Below are positions 22,242-30,745 of a stretch of DNA of 64,000 nt, piece after piece. The translations under genes were made by a program, and so were the position numbers. Below the pieces are notes generated by a model, which saw only the letters and a list, made by a program, of their open reading frames with translations, was not told the origin of the DNA and did not search any database. This DNA is from Bacillota bacterium. Its GTDB lineage: Bacteria; Bacillota; Clostridia; Oscillospirales; Ruminococcaceae. Position 1 is the first letter of the stretch, and each line of letters begins with the position of its first letter. The stretch covers positions 9,685-73,684 of the forward strand of contig JAEZKF010000027.1 of assembly GCA_023415575.1 (NCBI GenBank), written 5' to 3'.

Positions 22242-23324
22242 CTAATGGTACAAAGAGAGATACACATAAAAGAGCTCTCTGCCCGACTGATCCAGCACAT
22301 AGAGCGGCAGGTAGTCGTAATCGCCCGGGGCAGCGGAGTAAAGTAGGAGCTTACTCACCTTTTCCCCCGGCATGAGAACTGTCCGCTCCAGCACATCCTT
22401 GGCCGAGACTCCGCCCTCCTTGGGTGCGAATTCGCAGGGGTTGCCGGTCGCATCCTCCAGCCGAAACAGTGAGGGTGTCATGGTATATGCCGTGTCCGAG
22501 CTGTTTTTAAAGGTGACGCCCACCACAATCAGCGAGCTGCCCTCGTCCTGCTCCTGCTCGGTAAAGCAGTAATCAAAGTTATAGGTAATGCCGTTCTTCT
22601 CCACCGTATCGCCGATAAAATACTGAGGAATGATGCTGTCGGGCAGCAGATAGTCACCCGAATAGCTGTCATTGTAGTAATAGTCATTCTTCCAACCGGG
22701 CAGGGCATCCTCAATTTTTGCAACGCCGTACACGAGTACAAACAGCGTAATAAGCTGAATCAGCAGCATGACTCCGCCCATAACAAAGGCCAAGATCAGA
22801 GGCCACTTGGGCTGGGGGGAATGGTTGTGCCTGGGCGGCAAAGGCTGAGCAAATCCGCCTGACGACGGAGCAAATCCGCCTACCGGCTGCCATGGGTCGG
22901 GCTGTTGGGGAGCCTGCTGCCCATAGCCGAAGCTGGGTGCCGGACGAACGGGAGGATTCACGCCGTAAGGAGGCTTATACACAGGCGGTGGTGCCGGCTG
23001 GGCCGGCGGAACCCCTCTTAGGCTTAAAGAGCACAAAGGGCAGAAGTTTTCATAGGGAATGACATTGCCGCACCGCGGGCAGACAATCATCTCAGGTCCT
23101 TGCTGCGGGGCGCAGTTCTGCTGGGGGATATCCTGCGGCGGCGGAACTTGGTCCTGTGCAGGAGGTTCCTGTTTGTCTGCGGGGTCTTCTAAAACAGCTC
23201 CGGGGGTGGGAACCCCCTCGATTGATGTATTTTCAGCGGGGCCCTGCTCGGGTTGTGTCGAATTAGGCAGGGGTTGCGTTATGTCGTCAGAAGGGGTGGG
23301 AACATGCAGCTCGCGGTCGTCCAT
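22242..23324 (-). CDS. Zinc-ribbon, proline-rich, single-pass membrane protein with a beta-rich extracellular domain (DUF4352-like from memory)
   Basis: CPRCGNVIPYENFCPLC (CxxC-x9-CxxC), a long Pro/Gln-rich linker, a TM segment (LILAFVMGGVMLLIQLITLFVLVYGV) and a C-terminal domain. Confidence 0.65.
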   Translation of the reverse strand: MDDRELHVPTPSDDITQPLPNSTQPEQGPAENTSIEGVPTPGAVLEDPADKQEPPAQDQVPPPQDIPQQNCAPQQGPEMIVCPRCGNVIPYENFCPLCSLSLRGVPPAQPAPPPVYKPPYGVNPPVRPAPSFGYGQQAPQQPDPWQPVGGFAPSSGGFAQPLPPRHNHSPQPKWPLILAFVMGGVMLLIQLITLFVLVYGVAKIEDALPGWKNDYYYNDSYSGDYLLPDSIIPQYFIGDTVEKNGITYNFDYCFTEQEQDEGSSLIVVGVTFKNSSDTAYTMTPSLFRLEDATGNPCEFAPKEGGVSAKDVLERTVLMPGEKVSKLLLYSAAPGDYDYLPLYVLDQSGRELFYVYLSLYH

Positions 23325-23562
23325 GGCGCGCTCTCCTTTGGATTTAATGCCAAAATATTACTTTTGCTACTATCAATATTAGCACAATACACCCTATTAT
23401 ACAAGGCGCAAAAAAAGAATTTTCCTGTGTAAAGTATGCAATATTTTACGTTTTTATGCGCATCTAAAATGTAATTTTAGGGTCATACCCTGTCGAAATC
23501 TCCTCGGATGCATCGCAAGTAAAAAAGTTGTCAGAAATCACCCGAAAATTCCGAAATAGGTG

Positions 23563-23593
23563 TTGACTCTGACAGCGTGTCATAGTGTAAGAT
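23563..23593 (+). promoter_or_regulatory. MerR-type promoter with a 19-bp spacer and an embedded palindrome
   Basis: TTGACT (23563-23568), 19-nt spacer containing TGACAgcgTGTCA, then TAAGAT (23588-23593). Lies immediately upstream of the MerR gene. Confidence 0.6.
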
Positions 23594-23621
23594 AAAGCTA
23601 GGCTGAAAGGGGGATTTGCAG

Positions 23622-24506
23622 ATGAAAACCATCAAACAGGTTTCTGACATATCGGGTATCAGCGTGCGGATGCTGCACTATTACGACAAAATCGGCTTAC
23701 TCAAGCCGAGCAAGGTAACAAAGGTCGGATACCGGCTGTACGACAACGACGCCTTGGAGGTCTTACAGCAAATCCTTTTTTTAAAGGAGCTGGGTGTACC
23801 GGCAAAGAGCATGAAGAAGATTTTAGAAAGCCCGCAATACGATAAGGTTCAGGCACTCAAGCGGCAGAGGGAGTTGCTCATACTCAAAAGAGACCACCTA
23901 AACTCCCTGATTAGCCTGATTGACAAAAAGCTGCAAGGAGGAGACACCATGAGCTTTAAGGAGTTTGATATGAGCGAGTATTTTAAGCTGCTCGAAACCT
24001 ATAAACAAGACCATAAGGACGAAGTTGAAAAATACTTCGGCGGCGAGGACGAATTTGATAAACAGCTTGAACACATGAAGTCCAAAGAGCTGGAGATTGC
24101 CAAAATGGCCATCAAACAGTATGGAAGCATCGAACAGTATACCGAGTCCGTCAAAAACAACCTTGAAAACCTGCCGTCGTTTATGGAGAAGGTAAACACC
24201 CTAAAAGAAAGCACCGAGGATTATATGGCAAGGCTCAACGCCCTGACTGACATCTTACACGCCGACCTGCGCAAGGATCCCTGCAGCGCGGAGATTCAGG
24301 CGATAGTCTCGGAGATTGACACGGTTGCCAAGGAGCAGAGCGATGTGCTAGGGATGGATATGGGCGAAAACTACTGGGGCCTGATGGCGGACTTGTACCT
24401 GTCAAACAAGGAGTTTGCTAAAATCCACGACAAGAAGTACGGCAAGGGAGCCGCCCGTTTTATGGGTGAGGCCCTGCGTTTCTATGCGCAGAGCAAGCGC
24501 AAATGA
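23622..24506 (+). CDS. MerR family transcriptional regulator with a TipAS-like C-terminal domain
   Basis: MKTIKQVSDISGISVRMLHYYDKIGLLKPSKVTKVGYRLYD helix-turn-helix. C-terminal YWGLMADLYLSNKEFAKIHDKKYGKGAARFMGEALRFYA. GAAAGGGGGA ribosome binding site before ATG 23622. Confidence 0.85.
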   Translation: MKTIKQVSDISGISVRMLHYYDKIGLLKPSKVTKVGYRLYDNDALEVLQQILFLKELGVPAKSMKKILESPQYDKVQALKRQRELLILKRDHLNSLISLIDKKLQGGDTMSFKEFDMSEYFKLLETYKQDHKDEVEKYFGGEDEFDKQLEHMKSKELEIAKMAIKQYGSIEQYTESVKNNLENLPSFMEKVNTLKESTEDYMARLNALTDILHADLRKDPCSAEIQAIVSEIDTVAKEQSDVLGMDMGENYWGLMADLYLSNKEFAKIHDKKYGKGAARFMGEALRFYAQSKRK

Positions 24507-24530
24507 TAGCATAGCTTTCCGAAATTTAAA

Positions 24531-24570
24531 ACAAGGGGAACAACCCGTGTACGGGCCGTTCCCCTTTTGC
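24531..24570. terminator. Bidirectional terminator between convergent genes
   Basis: AAGGGGAAC...GTTCCCCTT hairpin flanked by an A-run and a T-run. Confidence 0.6.
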
Positions 24571-24582
24571 TTTACCTTTTAA

Positions 24583-25968
24583 TTAGACCAATCCCTTGTT
24601 TACGGGAATCTCGCGCAGGGAGGCAAAGCCCTGCTCAAGGTCCTCATCGGTGGGGATGTAATCGGTCAACTTGCCCTCGGTATACTGCTGGTAGGCAGCC
24701 ATATCAAAGTAGCCGGTACCGGTCAGGTTAAAGACGATGGTCTTCTTCTCACCGGTCTCCTTGCACTTGAGCGCCTCGTCAATCGCAGCGCGGACAGCGT
24801 GGGCCGACTCGGGCGCGGGCAGAATCTGCTCAACTCTGGAGAACAGGGTTGCTGCCTCAAATACGCTGGTCTGAGTTACAGCGGTTGCCTCGAGGTAGCC
24901 GTCGTGGTAGAGCTTGCTGAGGATGGGGGCCATACCGTGGTAGCGCAGGCCGCCTGCGTGGATGGGGCTGGGCATAAAGCCGCTGCCTAAGGTGTACATC
25001 TTGGCAAGCGGGGTCATCTTGCCGGTATCGCAGAAGTCATATGCGTATTTGCCGCGGGTAAAGGACGGGCAGGATGCGGGCTCAACCGCGATAAAGCGGA
25101 TGTTGTTCTTGCCCTGCAGACGCTCGCCCATGTACTCGGAGATAAAGCCGCCGAGGTTGGAGCCGCCGCCCGCACAGCCGATCATGATGTCAGGCTGCTC
25201 GCCGAGCATATCAAGGGCTGCCTTGGTCTCGGTGCCGATAATCGACTGGTGCAAAAGTACCTGATCAAGTACCGAGCCGAGCACATACCGGCAGTTGGGG
25301 GTGGTAACCGCCTTCTCTACCGCCTCCGAGATTGCACAGCCAAGGCTGCCGCCTGTCTCGGGGTTTTCGGCGAGGATTCTGCGCCCTGCCTCAGTGGTGT
25401 TGCTGGGGCTGGGGATGAGGTTTGCACCGAAGGTCTCAATGATTGCGCGGCGGTAGGGCTTTTGCTGCGAGCTGATCTTAACCATAAATACGGTCAGCGG
25501 AATCTTAAAATATGCAGCAGCCATCGAAAGGGCGGTACCCCACTGGCCTGCACCCGTTTCGGTGGTCAGGCTTGTGATGCCCTGCTTCTTTGCATAATAC
25601 ACCTGTGCAACCGCACTGTTGAGCTTGTGGCTGCCCGAGGTGTTGTTGCCCTCAAACTTAAAGTAGATCTTCGCGGGGGTGCCGAGTTCCTTTTCAAGGT
25701 TGTAAGCACGCACCAGCGGAGCGGGACGGTAGGTGCGGTAGAACTCGCGCACCTCGTCGGGGATTTCGATGTAACGGTCGGTTTCGTTGAGCTCCTGATT
25801 TACGAGCTCCTCGCAGAATACAGGCAGAAGGTCCTCACGCTTTGCGGGCTGCATCGTACCCGGGTGGATGAACGGGTCATGCTGCTCCTTCATATCCGCG
25901 CGGACATTGTACCAGTATTTCGGCATCTTGTCTTCAGGTAAATAGGTTCTGTACGGAATGTTCGCCAT
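24583..25968 (-). CDS. TrpB2-type tryptophan synthase beta-like PLP enzyme
   Basis: 461 aa. Long N-terminal extension (MANIPYRTYLPEDKMPKYWYNVRADMKE), KFEGNNTSGSHKLNSA with the PLP lysine, and GCAGGGSNLGG. Confidence 0.9.
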   Translation of the reverse strand: MANIPYRTYLPEDKMPKYWYNVRADMKEQHDPFIHPGTMQPAKREDLLPVFCEELVNQELNETDRYIEIPDEVREFYRTYRPAPLVRAYNLEKELGTPAKIYFKFEGNNTSGSHKLNSAVAQVYYAKKQGITSLTTETGAGQWGTALSMAAAYFKIPLTVFMVKISSQQKPYRRAIIETFGANLIPSPSNTTEAGRRILAENPETGGSLGCAISEAVEKAVTTPNCRYVLGSVLDQVLLHQSIIGTETKAALDMLGEQPDIMIGCAGGGSNLGGFISEYMGERLQGKNNIRFIAVEPASCPSFTRGKYAYDFCDTGKMTPLAKMYTLGSGFMPSPIHAGGLRYHGMAPILSKLYHDGYLEATAVTQTSVFEAATLFSRVEQILPAPESAHAVRAAIDEALKCKETGEKKTIVFNLTGTGYFDMAAYQQYTEGKLTDYIPTDEDLEQGFASLREIPVNKGLV

Positions 25969-26045
25969 GATAGTTCAATCTCCCTTTTATGTATTTAACG
26001 GTTCATAAAATTGCGGGTTATTTAGGGGGAAAACATCAGGATAAA

Positions 26046-26340
26046 ACAAAAAACTCTTGCCCCTGAAGTTCAGGGACAAGAGTCTAAATTCTACTCCTGC
26101 GGTACCACCCAAATTGGCTTGTAATAAGCCCGCTTGCTCCGCGCACCGTCATGCGCGCTTCCTTGATAACGGGTGAAGTTCCCGTTGGTTACTACTCGGT
26201 CAAGGGGTCATGTGACTGCTCCTTGCCTTTCGGCCACCCTCATAAGCCCATTCAGCAAAACCAAGCGGCGCCGCACTCGCACCAAACGGCGGCTCTCTGT
26301 ACCCGTTGAGAAATGCCTACTCTTCTTAATCACAGGTTTA
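26046..26340 (-). promoter_or_regulatory. T-box riboswitch leader, specifier UGG (Trp)
   Basis: Minus strand shows the K-turn halves, an AGUA/GAA specifier loop presenting GAA-UGG-G (UGG at 26250-26248), an AGAGAG bulge and a GGUGCGAG distal loop. The T-box sequence AAUUUGGGUGGUACCGC is at 26115-26099. A terminator hairpin plus U6 is at 26083-26046. Promoter TTGACA-18-TATCAT is at 26388-26359. Confidence 0.8.
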
Positions 26341-26411
26341 GTTTGTTTGATTTACCATATGATAGCACACGCAACAAGGATTTGTCAACACATTAAAGTG
26401 ATAAAATTTTG

Positions 26412-27236
26412 CTAGGATGATACTGATATTCCGTCTTTTGCTTTTAGTTCCCGATTAAGCATGCAAATGCCTGTCACTGCAAGGCACCCATATGCTATTG
26501 CAAGTGTAATCGCTTCCGCGGTTTCTACGTACCAAGGCGAAGATGATGAAAAGGGCAGCATTTGTGCATAGTCATACACAAAGTTAAAGAGGCCGTGCAG
26601 AACTATCGAAAAGGTGATTCCTCCCGTGCGCAGGGCAGCTAATGCAAGCAACAAGCCAATCAAGGTACTGTACCCTACCTGCCCAAGCACCTCTAACAGG
26701 GCATCGGGGTTTTCGATGAGGTTTGCGATGTGCACAAGCCCGAATAAGAGACTCGAAACCACCACAGCACTCAGCAAGCCGCGTCTTTTGCTCTCCCACG
26801 CCCGTTGCAAAGCGCCGAATATCACGCCGCGAAAGACAATCTCCTCTAAGCCCCCAATCATCAGGCAGTCAAGCAAAAGCAGCAAGGTCTTCAGCGGATT
26901 TTGCACGGCATACAGCCAAGACCGCGCATCAAATAGGGTTGGCACCGAAAGGTTAATTGTAAGAAGGCATAGGGATGCTAACAAAACAACCCAGTCAAAA
27001 CGAAGTCTTGATGCGGGCAAAGCAATCTTTATTTTCCGGGCAATCATCACAAACACGGCTGCGGCAATCAAACGGCGAGCAATGCGGATGAGATAGTAAG
27101 GCCCGCTGCCGTCGGCAAAGTGGGAAAACGGCGAAAAGACAAGGCTTAAGACTATGGTAAGCCCGACAAACAACGCCATCATCACCACGGAAAACCACAC
27201 GGGATGGCGGCGGCTAAACGGGGTTCTCTCTTGCAT
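26412..27236 (-). CDS. CPBP family intramembrane glutamic endopeptidase (CAAX protease-like)
   Basis: Polytopic, with EEIVFRGVIFGALQ, FGLVHI and HGLFNF motifs. Confidence 0.8.
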   Translation of the reverse strand: MQERTPFSRRHPVWFSVVMMALFVGLTIVLSLVFSPFSHFADGSGPYYLIRIARRLIAAAVFVMIARKIKIALPASRLRFDWVVLLASLCLLTINLSVPTLFDARSWLYAVQNPLKTLLLLLDCLMIGGLEEIVFRGVIFGALQRAWESKRRGLLSAVVVSSLLFGLVHIANLIENPDALLEVLGQVGYSTLIGLLLALAALRTGGITFSIVLHGLFNFVYDYAQMLPFSSSSPWYVETAEAITLAIAYGCLAVTGICMLNRELKAKDGISVSS

Positions 27237-27312
27237 CCTAACACCCTTTCATCCATGCTGATAATACAAACGAGGCTGTATAGCCATATTCTTCAAGGCT
27301 GAAACAGGCACA

Positions 27313-27341
27313 CAAAAACGGGAGGTATTTTAGCCTCCCGT
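27313..27341 (-). terminator. Intrinsic terminator ending the chemoreceptor operon
   Basis: Minus strand: ACGGGAGG-loop-CCTCCCGT followed by TTTTTG. Confidence 0.6.
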
Positions 27342-27348
27342 TAAAACC

Positions 27349-27726
27349 TTATTCTGCTTTACGCCTGCATTTCAGGACAATATCCACGATAAAACCAGTC
27401 AGCATACAGGCAAGGTAGACCCCGCTCCAGATAATCCAATCGTTGCTCGTCGCCCCGCCGCCCAGGTCAACCCCTGGGGTTGCAAAGGTCATGCCAAAGA
27501 AAAACCCAAACGGATACCCCAGTGCGGCAGCAGCAGATAAAAACCGGGCTCCCGCGGCAGAGGAAATTACGATGACAACAAGCCCGAAAATCGCCAATAC
27601 AAGGGGCCACTGCTTCATGCCGTGCAGGTCAAACAAGGCAAAGCGGCACAGCCAGTACGAAAACGCAAGGAATCCTATAGCCCCAATTCCCCAAAGCAGT
27701 CTACTCATTGCAGTCTGTTTTTTCAT
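27349..27726 (-). CDS. Hypothetical 4-TM membrane protein
   Basis: 125 aa and hydrophobic. Last gene before the terminator. No family recognised. Confidence 0.5.
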   Translation of the reverse strand: MKKQTAMSRLLWGIGAIGFLAFSYWLCRFALFDLHGMKQWPLVLAIFGLVVIVISSAAGARFLSAAAALGYPFGFFFGMTFATPGVDLGGGATSNDWIIWSGVYLACMLTGFIVDIVLKCRRKAE

Positions 27727-27767
27727 GTTATCGTCCCTCCTGCTATAAGAAGGTCAAAGGGAGCGAG

Positions 27768-28241
27768 TTATCCCCCTACAATTGCAACCGAGTGGTCGCC
27801 CTTCTTTGCGTTTTCAAGCGCAGCCGAAACCAGTGCCGAGAAATTCCAGCCCGAAACCGATGCCCCGGCAACTGCGTCAATCTGATTGGCAGATTGCGAC
27901 TTAATCAGCGATGCGGCATAGGTACGCGTATAGCGGGTGGGATAGGTTCCCTTTTGGGCATTCATGCGGCGCATATAGGCCATATCCCACGCCTTGATAA
28001 AGCCGCTTTCGTTTTTGGCGTTGAACTCCACCGTGACTATCTTGCCGCCGCTGACGCCGATGGTGACATACTCCTTCCAGCCCTTATCGTCAAACTTCGC
28101 CATCTCAGCGGTGTAGTAGCCGTTCTTGAATGAGCCGCCCGACCTCGCACAGGAGGACATCGCAACCGCACCGGCAAGAAGCATTGTGCATAGTAAGGCT
28201 ACTGCAATAAGGCGCGCGCCTTTTTTCGGCAAACGAATCAT
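27768..28241 (-). CDS. Extracytoplasmic FMN-binding domain lipoprotein
   Basis: Lipobox-like LLAGAVAMSSC. FMN_bind-like core GYYTAEMAKFDDKGWKEYVTIGVSGGKIVTVEF ... QIDAVAGASVSGWNFSALVSAALENA, with a DxxxGA[ST] flavinylation-type motif. ATG 28241 overlaps the MCP stop (ATGA). Confidence 0.75.
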   Translation of the reverse strand: MIRLPKKGARLIAVALLCTMLLAGAVAMSSCARSGGSFKNGYYTAEMAKFDDKGWKEYVTIGVSGGKIVTVEFNAKNESGFIKAWDMAYMRRMNAQKGTYPTRYTRTYAASLIKSQSANQIDAVAGASVSGWNFSALVSAALENAKKGDHSVAIVGG

Positions 28242-30250
28242 TCCTCCCACTCACCTTTCTCTTCGTTTTCGATTTGCTCTCCCCGCAGCTTAAACCGTGC
28301 CGCAAGGTCTGCCAGTTCGCGCGAATAGGCCGAAAGCTGCTCGCTGAGTACGGCAGACTCCCTGCTTGCGTCAAGGTTATGCCGTGCAAGCTCGGAAATC
28401 CGGGTGATGTCGCCCGAGACATGGTCAAGCGCCTCTTTCTCGCTTCGCACCGACCCGACCAGCTCCTCCGTAATTTCTGAGATTCGGCGGGAGATATTGG
28501 AGATCTGCTCCATAAACTCGGCAGTCAGCCGCGCGTACTTGACGCCGTCCGCTACTGCGGCGCGGGAATGTGCAATCATCTCTGCCGTCTGCTGGGAGGA
28601 CTGGGCGCTCTTTGCAGCAAGCTCCCGAACCTCCATCGCCACCACGGCAAAGCCCTTGCCGGCTGCTCCGGCGCGTGCCGCCTCTACCCCTGCATTAAGG
28701 GCGAGAATATTGGTCTGGAAGGCGATATCCTCCATGAATTTGGTGATGTGGGTAATCTCCTCCGCGTTCTTGCGGATGCGCTCCATCGCCTCGAGTGTGT
28801 TGTTCATCTGCTCGCCGCCCTGCTGGACGCGGTCGACAATCTCGTCGGTCAGGCTGCGGGCAACGTTGACGTTTTCATTGACAACGTTGATTTCAGATGC
28901 AATGCGGCCGGTCTCGGTAACTAGGCGGGAAACCGCCTCGCTCTGGTGCTCCGATGACTCGTGCACAATCTGAGCGCTCGTAGACACCTCACGCGCGCTG
29001 TTATCCAGCTGCATGGCGGATTGCTTGAGGTTTGAAAGAATCTCGTTTAGGAAGGTGATGATGTTGTTGAGCGAATCCTTCATCACCACAAAGTCTCCGG
29101 CAAACTCGCCTTGTACCTTTACATTGAGGTTGTATTCAGACAAGGCTTCCAGTGCCTCGCGCAGCTTGAATATGTAGCCGCTGACATCGTTTATGGTATC
29201 GCGCAGGGCAGTTGACAGCGTCTGCGCCTCATCCTTTGTCGTGATAACCTCCACGGGCGTTGTGAGGTCTCCGCGGGCAAGGCCCTGGATGCGGTCGGTG
29301 ACGCTTGCAATCGACCGGGATATCTGCCCCGAGAACCGCCTGATATACAGAAGCGAAAGCAGGAGAAGTACTGCTACCATCATAACGCTGTAGATGATAA
29401 AGCGGTTTGTGGTCGCGGTAAACTCCGACTTGGGTACGAGGATTGCTATATACCAGTTCACCCCGCGCACCGGTGCATAGGCCACATAGGTATCGCTGCC
29501 GCTGATGGGCACCTCCCCAACGCCAATCTCGCCCGCCTTGATGTTCTCGGCAAGGGCCTTCATGGCGGTATCAGAGGCATATAGGGAATCCATCGTATGA
29601 TGATTCACAACCAAATCGGTATCGGCATGGGCAACAATCTTACCGTCCCTATTGATAATCAGCGCATGGCCGTCCTGACCGATATGGATGTTGGAAAGGA
29701 CGTCATTGAGGAGGTCATAGCGGTAGGCGCCAACAAGGTAGTAGGCGATGGTATCTCCATTATAAACAGGTATGCCCACCGAAATCTGCAGGCTGTCGTC
29801 CGATACCGAGGTATCGTCTATGACAAGATTCCTCGTTTTCTGCAGCATGGAGTACAGGTATCCGTCCTTGATGCTTGCCGGGCTATCCGCATAGCCGGTG
29901 TAGAGTTTGCCGTCCGGCGAATAGAGGCCGAGCCACACAAACTCAATGCCTGAGGCGCTCTGCACAAGCTGCTGCTTCTTTTGCTCAAGGCTTGTTTCAG
30001 CCGAGGTCAGCGTGTCATTCTCTGCTAGCATTAGGATGCGGTCACTGAGCAGGTGCAGGTTTCCCTCCACGCTCTGGGCTGCAATCTTTGCAAAGGGCTC
30101 CAGTGTACTTTTTAGGGTCGTATCGGTCAAAGAATCAGCCGATATGGCAAGGGTTACCGTCACAGCAATTGCAACGACTAAAACAACGATAACAGTATTG
30201 AGTATGATTTTGCCTTTAATACTTTTCAAACGGGTATCCCTTCCTTTCAT
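28238..30250 (-). CDS. Methyl-accepting chemotaxis protein with a large extracytoplasmic sensor domain (Cache-like) and HAMP
   Basis: 670 aa. Two TM segments bracket about 250 aa. Signalling hairpin EDIAFQTNILALNAGVEAARAGAAGKGFAVVAMEVRELA. Confidence 0.9.
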   Translation of the reverse strand: MKGRDTRLKSIKGKIILNTVIVVLVVAIAVTVTLAISADSLTDTTLKSTLEPFAKIAAQSVEGNLHLLSDRILMLAENDTLTSAETSLEQKKQQLVQSASGIEFVWLGLYSPDGKLYTGYADSPASIKDGYLYSMLQKTRNLVIDDTSVSDDSLQISVGIPVYNGDTIAYYLVGAYRYDLLNDVLSNIHIGQDGHALIINRDGKIVAHADTDLVVNHHTMDSLYASDTAMKALAENIKAGEIGVGEVPISGSDTYVAYAPVRGVNWYIAILVPKSEFTATTNRFIIYSVMMVAVLLLLSLLYIRRFSGQISRSIASVTDRIQGLARGDLTTPVEVITTKDEAQTLSTALRDTINDVSGYIFKLREALEALSEYNLNVKVQGEFAGDFVVMKDSLNNIITFLNEILSNLKQSAMQLDNSAREVSTSAQIVHESSEHQSEAVSRLVTETGRIASEINVVNENVNVARSLTDEIVDRVQQGGEQMNNTLEAMERIRKNAEEITHITKFMEDIAFQTNILALNAGVEAARAGAAGKGFAVVAMEVRELAAKSAQSSQQTAEMIAHSRAAVADGVKYARLTAEFMEQISNISRRISEITEELVGSVRSEKEALDHVSGDITRISELARHNLDASRESAVLSEQLSAYSRELADLAARFKLRGEQIENEEKGEWEE

Positions 30251-30392
30251 CCGAAAAAAATGCGGGCGTAAGCTCGCATCATTTCCAGAAATTTATGTAA
30301 AAAGAATGATAACTATTAACATTTTATCATAGTTTGTGTTGAAGTCAATCGAAATTTAGCAGTTTTGGCAAGGTGATGTATATCGGTCAAAG

Positions 30393-30423
30393 AAAAAAGT
30401 GCTGCCGTTGCATACAGCAGCAC
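30393..30423 (-). terminator. Intrinsic terminator closing the GNAT gene 3' UTR
   Basis: Minus strand: GTGCTGC-11 nt-GCAGCAC followed by TTTTTTC. Confidence 0.6.
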
Positions 30424-30540
30424 AAATATAGCATTATAAGCAAAAGCAGGCATGATGCTGTTTGCGTTATTACCTCATACCGCGCTGCACTTTGCAAGGA
30501 CCTCATCCGACACTTCGCATGGTCATACTGCGTTTGACCG

Positions 30541-30678
30541 TTACCTCATCCGGCGCTAACGCGCCACCTTCTCCTATTAGGAGAAGGCTTTAGCCTAGCG
30601 GAATTATTGGCTTTTCCTTTATACGTCAAGTCTTGCTTGACATTGAGAAGCTGTCGAGCGCAGCGAGACTGATGAGGT
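30541..30678. repeat. 138-bp structured repeat, copy A
   Basis: Identical to copy B except one base (cttttcc vs cttctcc). Terminal inverted repeat TACCTCATC/GATGAGGTA. Internal hairpins GGCGC-taac-GCGCC, CCTTCTCC-tatta-GGAGAAGG and GTCAAG-tcttg-CTTGAC. Confidence 0.9.
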
Positions 30679-30745
30679 ATATTGGAGAAGGCTAAGACTT
30701 CATGCAAATTTAGTTTTTCCTAGCCACGTCAAGCTTGTTACGTTA

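Noticed and set aside
25249-25941. 230-aa plus-strand ORF antisense to the TrpB2-type gene, and similar ORFs at 57668-58378, 59599-60147, 61979-62530 and 63073-63816
   Set aside because: All are nested antisense to genes with strong family motifs. None has a ribosome binding site.
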